This document shows, in pieces, positions 1 to 7,591 of a DNA stretch of 18,984 nucleotides. The notes beneath the pieces were generated by a model. It was not told the DNA's origin. It made no database searches and saw only the letters and a program-made list of their open reading frames with translations. Location of the stretch: the NCBI GenBank assembly GCA_043803685.1, contig JAZDJU010000092.1:1-18984 (forward strand), read 5' to 3'. The stretch's first letter is position 1, and the number at the start of each line of letters is the position of its first letter. This DNA comes from Candidatus Omnitrophota bacterium (GTDB taxonomy: Bacteria > Omnitrophota > Omnitrophia > Omnitrophales > Aquincolibacteriaceae). The translations under genes were made by a program, and so were the position numbers.

Positions 1-1074
1 GATCCGGGCGATCTCTTCGACAAGATCGATCGGGCGAGTGATATCAGAACGAAAGGATGGCACGCCTACGGTCCAGACCCCTTCCGAATGTTGTTTCACA
101 TGAAAACCAAGACGCCCGAGGATCAGAACGATCTGACTGGTTTTGATCTCCACGCCTAACACAGATCTCACTTCGTCAGCCCTGAGATTCACAGTCTTAA
201 CGGCCAACTGTGGCTTTTCACCGGCCTTGATCACGGCGCTGATATGACGCGGCTTGGCATATTTCTGGATTAGCGCAAGCGCGCGGCCCCGTCCGAGATC
301 GACACCTTCCGGGTCCACGCGTCGCTCAAAACGGTAGGACGAATCAGTTCCCAGCTGATGGTTAAAAGAAGTTTTCCTGATGCGCCCCGGATGAAAGAAC
401 GCGGACTCGAGGAAAACGTTGCGCGTCTTGTCGCTGATCTCGGAATCTTTCCCTCCCATCACGCCGGCCAGGGCCACGGCCCGCTCACTATCAGCGATCA
501 AAAGATCTTCGGGTTTGAGTTCGATCACGGTGCCGTTAATGATCGTAAACTTTTCGTCTTTCTTGGGCTTACGGACCATGATCTCTTTGCCGCGAATGAG
601 GTCTGCGTCAAACGCGTGGAGCGGCTGTCCGACTTCCAGGAGGACATAATTCGTGATATCCACGATCAGATTGATGCTCCGGATCCCGCACGCAAGAAGT
701 CGATTCACAATAAATTCAGGAGTCTTCGTTTCTGTGATCCCCTCGATCAGAACACCCGAGTAATAGGGACAGCCCTCCACGTCCTTAAGTTGGATCTTCC
801 AACCTGGGGGGGGCGTCTTTCCAGCTTCAGTATCCACTGTGGGATTTTTCAGCGAAAGATTTTCAACGGCCGCGATCTCTCGAGCCACGCCCCAATGCGA
901 CAACCAATCCGGACGGTTGGACGTGATCTCGATCTCAAAAAGCGTGTCGACAGGATGAGTTAGAGTCTCGCATTTCTTGACCTCAAGACCGGCTAGAGTG
1001 AGGCGCTCCGCGACCCGCGAAAGAGGCGGCGCTAGCTCCACAAAATCCTTCAACCAGTTCGTGCTGACTTTCAT
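1..1074 (-). CDS. pheT: Phenylalanine--tRNA ligase beta subunit (5' part; runs off left edge)
   Basis: Hand translation from ATG at 1074 (TAATG overlap with pheS stop): MKVSTNWLKDFV...LTLAGLEV...FEIEITSNRPDWLSHWGVAREIAA...DITNYVLLEVGQPLHAFD...TDSSYRFER...PSFRSDITRPIDLVEEIARI; not in the ORF track because it is open at the edge. Confidence 0.97.
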   Translation of the reverse strand, partial: MKVSTNWLKDFVELAPPLSRVAERLTLAGLEVKKCETLTHPVDTLFEIEITSNRPDWLSHWGVAREIAAVENLSLKNPTVDTEAGKTPPPGWKIQLKDVEGCPYYSGVLIEGITETKTPEFIVNRLLACGIRSINLIVDITNYVLLEVGQPLHAFDADLIRGKEIMVRKPKKDEKFTIINGTVIELKPEDLLIADSERAVALAGVMGGKDSEISDKTRNVFLESAFFHPGRIRKTSFNHQLGTDSSYRFERRVDPEGVDLGRGRALALIQKYAKPRHISAVIKAGEKPQLAVKTVNLRADEVRSVLGVEIKTSQIVLILGRLGFHVKQHSEGVWTVGVPSFRSDITRPIDLVEEIARI

Positions 1075-2045
1075 TAGAATTGCCTCAGGAAACGAAGATC
1101 GTTCTCATAAAAATGACGGATATCCTGGATCCCGTGGCGAAGCATCGCGATACGCTCCACACCAAGCCCGAAAGCGAATCCCCTCACCACAGTTTTGTCA
1201 TATCCCACTTCTTCAAAAACATTCGGGTCCACACTCCCCGCGCCAAGGATCTCGAGCCAGCCCTTACCCCATTGGATATCGATCTCGACACTGGGCTCAG
1301 TAAAAGGAAAAAAATGAGGACGGAAACGGACCTTGGTTTGAGAGCCGAACAATTCGCGCAAGAAAAGATGAAGAACACCTTTAAGATCGCTGAAGGTCAC
1401 GCGGTCATCCACCATCAGACCTTCGAGCTGATGGAACATGAACGAATGGCTCGCATCCACGGTATCCGGACGGTAGACACGGCCCGGGGCAATGATCTTG
1501 AGCGGCGGCTTGCGCTCTTTCATCACGCGGATCTGGACTGTCGACGTCTGGGATCGCAACAACTGACCGCGCGTTGTGTAAAACGTGTCAAACGCATCAC
1601 GCGAGGGATGGTCGAGCGGAATGTTGAGCGCCGTGAAGTTATGAAATTCGGTCTCGATCTCCGGACCCTCCACCGCTTCGAAGCCCATGCGGTTAAAGAT
1701 CCCCGAGATCTCCTGGATGGTTTGCTGAAGAAGATGCACACTTCCCTGGGAGGGACGCACGCCAGGAAGTGTTCCGTCGAATGTTTCAGTACCCGCGCCG
1801 GCTTTGGGGGCCTTCTGCCGGGATTCGTCGATCGCAAGCTCCAACCACTGCTTGACCCGGTTGAGCTCCGCACCGACAGCCTTTTTCTCATCCGCCGGGA
1901 CTTGGCCAAGCTGCTTGAAGAGCTCCGTCAGCTTGCCTTTTTTCCCAAGATATGCAACGCGAAAAAGCTCAACTTTTTCCGAAGAATCGGCTCGGGAAAG
2001 GTCTTCGCGGGCTTCCTGTTCGATGCGGCTGATCTGATCTTTCAT
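1074..2045 (-). CDS. pheS: Phenylalanine--tRNA ligase alpha subunit
   Basis: Motifs YLGKKG, NFTALNIPLDHPSRD, LLRSQTS, FHQLEGL, RFRPHFFPFTEPS, GFAFGLGVERIAM; position between rplT and pheT. Confidence 0.98.
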   Translation of the reverse strand: MKDQISRIEQEAREDLSRADSSEKVELFRVAYLGKKGKLTELFKQLGQVPADEKKAVGAELNRVKQWLELAIDESRQKAPKAGAGTETFDGTLPGVRPSQGSVHLLQQTIQEISGIFNRMGFEAVEGPEIETEFHNFTALNIPLDHPSRDAFDTFYTTRGQLLRSQTSTVQIRVMKERKPPLKIIAPGRVYRPDTVDASHSFMFHQLEGLMVDDRVTFSDLKGVLHLFLRELFGSQTKVRFRPHFFPFTEPSVEIDIQWGKGWLEILGAGSVDPNVFEEVGYDKTVVRGFAFGLGVERIAMLRHGIQDIRHFYENDLRFLRQF

Positions 2046-2096
2046 CGGGGTACCATCACTGGACTTGGCATGTTTCTATGTAAGGATCTCTGTTTT

Positions 2097-2176
2097 CCCC
2101 TCTCCCTCGGGGAGAGGGTTGGGTGAGGGCTTTTTTACACCCTCATCCCTGCCTTCTCCCTCAAAAAGGGAGAAGG
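2097..2176. repeat. BoxC-like palindromic repeat pair (two inverted units, three hairpins)
   Basis: ccctctccc-tcg-gggagaggg (2098-2118), gggtgaggg/ccctcatcc (2121-2129/2140-2148), ccttctccct-caaaa-agggagaagg (2152-2176); resembles the CCCTCACCCxxxCCTCTCCC-N-GGGAGAGGG repeat family. Confidence 0.7.
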
Positions 2177-2190
2177 AGGAGTGAAGGAAA

Positions 2191-2550
2191 CTAAGCTTTC
2201 GCGACAGTCTTGACGAGTTTTACGATCTCTTGAAATGTCTTCTCGTCACGGGCTGCGATCTCCGCAAGCGACTTCCGGTTCAAACGCACCTTGGCTTTGC
2301 TGAGAGCATTGATGAAACGGGAATAGGACATCCCGTTCGCCCGGCACGCCGCATTGATACGAGCGGTCCAAAGACACCGAAAATGGCGCTTGCGCTGTTT
2401 GCGGTCACGGGTTGCGAACGCCATCGCGCGAGCAACGGTCTCCTTCGCGGTCCTGAGCAATGTTCCGCGTCCGCCAATAAAACCCTTGGCGCGCTTGAAA
2501 ATTTTCTTCTTCCGTTTTTTTGAAGCTACTGCGTATGTAGACCTTGGCAT
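2191..2550 (-). CDS. rplT: 50S ribosomal protein L20
   Basis: KKIFKRAKGF, RDRKQRKRHFRCLWTARINAACR, YSRFINAL, LNRKSLAEIA; synteny. Confidence 0.98.
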   Translation of the reverse strand: MPRSTYAVASKKRKKKIFKRAKGFIGGRGTLLRTAKETVARAMAFATRDRKQRKRHFRCLWTARINAACRANGMSYSRFINALSKAKVRLNRKSLAEIAARDEKTFQEIVKLVKTVAKA

Positions 2551-2656
2551 ACAGACTCCCTTTTAGGCCGATACCGCCTGAATACAACCTTCGTCGCTTA
2601 GCGGCACGGCACTGTTAACTCCACTCGACGAAATCAAAAACGATGTTTCTGAAAGA

Positions 2657-2857
2657 TCAATTGTCGTACGGCATGGAAAACTTGATCGCACGGACATGCA
2701 TTTTCTCGACCTTCAACTTGCCCCGGGACTGACGCTTGGATTTCGGGCTACGGTCGGTCATCATATGCCGGCGCTTGGTTTTATTGGCCATGACCTTCCC
2801 GGTTTTGGTGATGCGATAACGCTTCTTCATGGCTTTCTTCGTTTTGATCTTTGGCAT
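2657..2857 (-). CDS. rpmI: 50S ribosomal protein L35
   Basis: MPKIKTKKAMKKRYRITKTGKV...RRH, 66 aa basic protein between infC and rplT. Confidence 0.96.
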   Translation of the reverse strand: MPKIKTKKAMKKRYRITKTGKVMANKTKRRHMMTDRSPKSKRQSRGKLKVEKMHVRAIKFSMPYDN

Positions 2858-3024
2858 AACGTTTCCTTTATCCTTTTATTCTGTTCAAGCCTTTGTTTCT
2901 ATTCATGAATGGTGACCTGGACCGCACTGCCCCAACCCTCCCATTAATTTCAATGGTCGGCTGGGACTGTCCTCGTTTTCAATAAAAAATCAAACGAGAA
3001 CAAGGACTGATTTTTGATCATTTT

Positions 3025-3633
3025 TTAAAGAGCTTCAGGTGCTGTCTTCGCCGGTGGAGCGCTAGGCGTCGCCGGAACCGCTGATGAAGCGGGTACGGCT
3101 TCTTTTTTCTTCACGGGCGCGGTCTTTGTCAAATAAAGCATGATCGCTTTTCCTTCGAGCCCGTCATTACGCTCAACCATCGCGATATCCGCGAGGTCCT
3201 GAACGAACCGAGCCACGAGCTTGCGTCCCTTGTCCACATACACGATCTCACGACCGCGAAAGAATACCACGAGCTTAACCTTATCGCCACGTTCGATGAA
3301 CCGGCGCGCATTGCGAAGCTTGGTCTGATAGTCGTTCTCGTCGATCTTCGTGGTCATCTTGACTTCTTTAATGTCGATCGTCTTTTGCTTCTTCCGGGAC
3401 TCTTTTTCCTTCTTACCGAGAGTGTAAAGATACTTCCCGAGATCCATAATGCGACATACCGGAGGCACCGTCGTTCCCGCGACCTCGACAAGATCCAATC
3501 CCGCATCCTGAGCCTTCTGCAAACCGTCCTGAGGCGTCACGATCCCGAATTGTTCTCCCGCGGCTCCGATCAACCGGATCTGCGGCGAGCGGATACGCTC
3601 ATTGGCCCGTACTTTTTGTGGACTGAGTGACAA
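3025..3633 (-). CDS. infC: Translation initiation factor IF-3 (TTG start, Ala/Pro-rich C-terminal tail)
   Basis: NERIR, LDLVEVA, PPVCRIMDLGKY, IKEVK, GDKVKLVVFFRGRE; TAAGGAGG SD just upstream of TTG. Confidence 0.97.
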   Translation of the reverse strand: MSLSPQKVRANERIRSPQIRLIGAAGEQFGIVTPQDGLQKAQDAGLDLVEVAGTTVPPVCRIMDLGKYLYTLGKKEKESRKKQKTIDIKEVKMTTKIDENDYQTKLRNARRFIERGDKVKLVVFFRGREIVYVDKGRKLVARFVQDLADIAMVERNDGLEGKAIMLYLTKTAPVKKKEAVPASSAVPATPSAPPAKTAPEAL

Positions 3634-3656
3634 TGCTCCTCCTTATGGGTTTAAGA

Positions 3657-5384
3657 TTACTTCTTTTGCGCGATCTCTTGCGTGATCCGCTCGACCGCCG
3701 CATTCACCGCCAGAACCCCAAGGTCCTGGCGTCCGCGCATACGAACTGCGACCTGTCCCGCTTCCACTTCCTTGTCCCCCACGACAAAAACATAGGGGAT
3801 CTTCATCATTTCCGCTTCCCGGATCTTGTAGCCGATCTTTTCGGTCCGAAGATCCGGCTCGACGCGAAATCCGTCTTTCCTGAGGCTATCAACCAACTTC
3901 TGTGCATATTCGTTATGCCGCTCCGCGATCGTCAAAACCCGGATCTGCACCGGTGAAATCCAAACGGGAAAAGCCCCGGCATAATGCTCGATCAAAATTC
4001 CGATGAAACGCTCAAGGCTTCCCAAGATGGCCCGGTGCAGCATAATCACGCGATGATCCTGACCATCCGCGCCGACGTAGTTGAGATCGAAACGTTCCGG
4101 CAAACTCATATCCAGTTGGATCGTACCACACTGAAGCGTCCGCCCGATGGCGTCCTTCAAATGAAAATCGATCTTCGGCCCATAAAAAGCCCCGTCGGCC
4201 TCATTGACCTTGTAGGGCATTTTGAGCTCTTCGAGAGCATTCCGGAGCCCCGTCGTCGCGATCTCCCACTGTTCATCCGTTCCAGTCGACTTGGGTGGCC
4301 GCGTCGAAAGCTCTACATGATAATCAAAATTAAAGGTTTTGTATACCTCATCCGTCAAATGGATCGCTTCCACTACACTCGCCTGCAGGGCCTCGGGAGA
4401 AGTAAAAATATGCGCATCATCCTGCGTAAACCCCCGAACACGAAAAAGCCCCGCCAGCACGCCAGAACGCTCATAACGATGAACCTTACCAAATTCCGCC
4501 ACTTTGAGCGGCAATTCCCTATAGGAGTGCTTCTCTTCCTTATACATCAACATCCCGCCGGGACAGTTCATGGGCTTCAGCGCGTAGACCTCTTCGTCCC
4601 GCTCCAGGAAGAACATATTCTCGCGGTAATTATCCCAATGCCCCGAAGTGCGCCAAAGCTTATCTCTCAGGATCGTCGGGGTCTCGATCTCCGTGTACCC
4701 ATACGTGGCAAGTTTTTCGCGCATGAACGCGATCAAAAGATTCTTAAGAATCAGCCCCTTCGGTTTCCAGAACGGCAACCCCGGGCCCTCCTCGTGAAAA
4801 CTGAAAAGACCAAGTTGTTTCCCAACCTTGCGGTGGTCACGCTTCTGGGCTTCTTCCCTCTGAGTCGTATACGCATCCAATTCTTTCTGGGTCAAGAAAG
4901 CGGTCCCATAGATGCGCTGCAACATGGGATTTTTCTCATTGCCACGCCAGTAGGCTCCAGCCACTGATAGGAGCTTAAAAACCTTGAGCTCATCGGTGTT
5001 CATCACATGCCCGCCCTCACAAAGATCCGTGAAAGGCCCATTCTGAACGAAATTGACCGTATCTCCCGGAATACCCTCAATGATCTCGGCCTTATAAACT
5101 TCCTGTTTATCCCCGAAGATCTTTAGAGCCTCATCCTTTGTGACGCTCCATTGTTTGAACACCTGCCGTTCATTCACGATCTCGCGCATCCGTTTTTCGA
5201 TCTTCGGAAGGTCCTCATCCTGGAAAGCCACCTTCGAATCGAAGTCGTAGTAAAACCCATCGTCAATGACGGGACCTATCGCGAGTTTCGTTCCGGGGTA
5301 GAGGTCGAGAACAGCTTGGGCAAGGACATGCGACGCGGAATGCCGCAGCCGGTAAAGCGGTTCGTAGTTCTTATCGTCTGACAT
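3657..5384 (-). CDS. thrS: Threonine--tRNA ligase (no N-terminal TGS domain)
   Basis: RHSASHVLAQAV, GFYYDF, AGAYWRG, RDHRKVG, KPMNCPG, RVRGFTQDDAHIF, AFYGPKID, QCGTIQLD, HRAILGSLERF. Confidence 0.98.
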   Translation of the reverse strand: MSDDKNYEPLYRLRHSASHVLAQAVLDLYPGTKLAIGPVIDDGFYYDFDSKVAFQDEDLPKIEKRMREIVNERQVFKQWSVTKDEALKIFGDKQEVYKAEIIEGIPGDTVNFVQNGPFTDLCEGGHVMNTDELKVFKLLSVAGAYWRGNEKNPMLQRIYGTAFLTQKELDAYTTQREEAQKRDHRKVGKQLGLFSFHEEGPGLPFWKPKGLILKNLLIAFMREKLATYGYTEIETPTILRDKLWRTSGHWDNYRENMFFLERDEEVYALKPMNCPGGMLMYKEEKHSYRELPLKVAEFGKVHRYERSGVLAGLFRVRGFTQDDAHIFTSPEALQASVVEAIHLTDEVYKTFNFDYHVELSTRPPKSTGTDEQWEIATTGLRNALEELKMPYKVNEADGAFYGPKIDFHLKDAIGRTLQCGTIQLDMSLPERFDLNYVGADGQDHRVIMLHRAILGSLERFIGILIEHYAGAFPVWISPVQIRVLTIAERHNEYAQKLVDSLRKDGFRVEPDLRTEKIGYKIREAEMMKIPYVFVVGDKEVEAGQVAVRMRGRQDLGVLAVNAAVERITQEIAQKK

Positions 5385-5471
5385 GCTGATTCATGATGCT
5401 TCGGTCTAACTCCTCACTCTCACGCAAATTACGATCTTGTTTGCTTCCGATGCCATTTTTTATAAAAAAAA

Positions 5472-5548
5472 TGGCGGGGCCGACGGGGCTCGAACCCGCA
5501 ACCTCCGGATCGACAGTCCGGAGCTCTAACCAATTGAGCTACAGCCCC
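5472..5548 (-). tRNA. tRNA-Asp(GTC), CCA encoded
   Basis: GGGGCTG...CGGCCCC-G-CCA cloverleaf; anticodon arm CCGGA-CTGTCGA-TCCGG; GGTTCGAG T-loop; G73. Confidence 0.95.
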
Positions 5549-5606
5549 ATAATATGGGGGATAAAAACTATGCCGCGCGGAAGCTTCCTCTCCACGAAGA
5601 GGCGGT

Positions 5607-5635
5607 ATTCTATAAGGAGAAGCGAACTATCTCAA
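5607..5635 (-). promoter_or_regulatory. Putative sigma70 promoter for tRNA-Asp/thrS operon
   Basis: TTGAGA (5635-5630) - 17 nt - TAGAAT (5612-5607). Confidence 0.6.
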
Positions 5636-5653
5636 GTAAAAACTCAGAATATC

Positions 5654-5727
5654 TGGGCGATGAGGGATTCGAACCCCCGACCCTCTCCGTGTAAAGGAGA
5701 TGCTCTAACCAGCTGAGCTAATCGCCC
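5654..5727 (-). tRNA. tRNA-Val(TAC), CCA not encoded
   Basis: GGGCGAT...ATCGCCC-A; anticodon arm TCTCC-TTTACAC-GGAGA; GGTTCGAAT. Confidence 0.96.
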
Positions 5728-5790
5728 AAAAGGACGGTAACTTCATTAGAAATACATAAGCGCACGATTTTTAAGGAGGCTGGATATTCC

Positions 5791-6846
5791 CTAGGCCGCA
5801 AATGAATTGATCCGCAGGATCAGCTTATGAAGATTGGCGAAAATATCCTTCTTGAAGTAAAAGGCCAGCCGCGTCAAATGGAACGTGAAGGGAACATTGC
5901 GTTCTTCTTCATAGGGCTTGAGCGACTGGGTGAATTTCCCTTTTTTGAGCATATGCTTGAACTCCTGATTCAGCAGATCGACTTGTTCCTCACTAAGAGG
6001 TTTTTCGATACGCAAAACCAACAGGTCCCGGATATAGCGCATCGAATGATACATCTTGTAAAAGTCCGTAACATACGTCGCGGCGTCAACAGGATCGTGG
6101 GTCACATACATCAGATCGATATCTTCCTCGTGGATCATGCCTTGCTTAAGAAGTTGTTTTTTAAAAAAAATCAGGAGATCACTCCAATACTCTGAACCCG
6201 GCGCATCCAGGCAGACGATCGGGCGTGGATCCATCTTGCCTGTCTGGACCAAGGTAAGCGTTTCAAATCCTTCATCATGGGTCCCGAACCCCCCAGGGCA
6301 AAGAATGGTCGCATGGGATTCCCGAAGAAACATTAATTTACGGGTAAAAAAATATTTGAAGGTCATGAGCTTCGGATCCAGAAGCATCACGGGATTAGCC
6401 TCCTGCTCAAACGGGAGCTGGATGTTCATCCCAAAACTTTTTTTGTGACCCGCGCCCTCATTCCCCGCCTGCATGATCCCCGACGCAGCGCCCGTGATCA
6501 CCATCCATCCCTTTTGCACGATCGCCTTGGCAAACTTCTCAGCTACCTTATAGTCCGACGCATCTCTGGGGGTCCTGGCAGAACCAAAGATCGCAACTTT
6601 GCGAATGGCGCGATAGGGTTCAAAGATCTTCAAACTGTGACGAAGTTCTTTGAGAGAAGTGTTCAAAATTTTCATGTCCCCACGATCCAACTTATCCATG
6701 TGGACCTTCAGAGCTGTTACGATCAGTTCTTCGGCAAGATCCGCATTCGCCCCGGGGCCGGCCTGATGGATCAATTCATGGATAAGCTGATCTAGCTTGA
6801 GATTGCCTGTCTGATAGGGCTGGGAATGCTTAAAGGAATCTTCCAT
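5791..6846 (-). CDS. LOG family (TIGR00730-like) nucleotide monophosphate nucleosidase, long form
   Basis: IFGSART, ITGAASGIMQAGNEGA, NIQLPFEQEANP, FKYFFTRKLMF, PGGFGTHDE; TAATG overlap with upstream DnaJ-class gene. Confidence 0.88.
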   Translation of the reverse strand: MEDSFKHSQPYQTGNLKLDQLIHELIHQAGPGANADLAEELIVTALKVHMDKLDRGDMKILNTSLKELRHSLKIFEPYRAIRKVAIFGSARTPRDASDYKVAEKFAKAIVQKGWMVITGAASGIMQAGNEGAGHKKSFGMNIQLPFEQEANPVMLLDPKLMTFKYFFTRKLMFLRESHATILCPGGFGTHDEGFETLTLVQTGKMDPRPIVCLDAPGSEYWSDLLIFFKKQLLKQGMIHEEDIDLMYVTHDPVDAATYVTDFYKMYHSMRYIRDLLVLRIEKPLSEEQVDLLNQEFKHMLKKGKFTQSLKPYEEERNVPFTFHLTRLAFYFKKDIFANLHKLILRINSFAA

Positions 6847-7538
6847 TACTCACCAAACCGGATCTGCAGGATCAGGTCTCCAGGATGATGGCAGGTGGGG
6901 CAATCCCGCCCCTGTCGGGACAAACGAAGTTTTTGCCCTTCACGGGTATTCGCCGGGATCTTCACCGAGATCGTCTGTCCTTCGGGGGTCTGAAACATCA
7001 CACTCCCTCCCTCTTTGGCCTTTTTCTTTGAAATCTTCAAGTTCACAACCACATCCGCGGACTCCTGAGGCGCCTGCACCCGTCCACATTCATCATCATC
7101 CTGACAGCAACCATGATGGGGTGATCCGGAAGAATAGACGCGAAACGGCCCTTCCGATCCGCCTCCGGCTCCTGAGAATAGATCCCCGAAAATATCTGAA
7201 AACGCGGAATATCGCCCGCCCCCGCGTGCGCGTCCACCGGACGAATACTGCCTGAGAAGATCTTCGAAGTTAAATCCCTGTGCGCCCGCGAAATTTCCGG
7301 GATTTCCGCCTCCAAACTTTCGCATCTGATCGTACTGGGCACGACGCTTCTCATCGCTCAGGACGTAATAAGCTTCGGAAATCTCCTTAAATTTCGCCTC
7401 TGACTGCTTGGCATTCCCGGGATTCTTGTCCGGATGGTACTTCACGGCAAGCTTCCGATAGATCTTCTTAAGTTCTTCCACCGATACAGACTCGGGAACC
7501 CCTAACGCTTTGTAATAATCTTTTTGTTGAGCAGACAT
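6846..7538 (-). CDS. Short DnaJ-class molecular chaperone (J domain, G/F-rich region, one DnaJ C-terminal-like domain)
   Basis: KDYYKALGV...[13 protein letters not shown]...[15 protein letters not shown]-rich linker; [15 protein letters not shown]...GDLILQI. Confidence 0.88.
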   Translation of the reverse strand: MSAQQKDYYKALGVPESVSVEELKKIYRKLAVKYHPDKNPGNAKQSEAKFKEISEAYYVLSDEKRRAQYDQMRKFGGGNPGNFAGAQGFNFEDLLRQYSSGGRARGGGRYSAFSDIFGDLFSGAGGGSEGPFRVYSSGSPHHGCCQDDDECGRVQAPQESADVVVNLKISKKKAKEGGSVMFQTPEGQTISVKIPANTREGQKLRLSRQGRDCPTCHHPGDLILQIRFGE

Positions 7539-7591
7539 TGCAGGAATCTTTCTTATAGTCTAAAGGATCTCTGAGGGAAGGAGCCGCAAGA

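Noticed and set aside
358..963. 201-aa plus-strand ORF
   Set aside because: Antisense shadow of pheT, whose minus-strand frame has clear conserved motifs
1080..2126. 348-aa plus-strand ORF (likewise 3984-4967 and 17782-18906)
   Set aside because: Antisense shadows of pheS, thrS and the S11 peptidase; no recognisable motifs
5393..5716. ORFs crossing tRNA genes (5393-5716, 12213-12515, 13991-14200)
   Set aside because: Spurious translations of tRNA sequences
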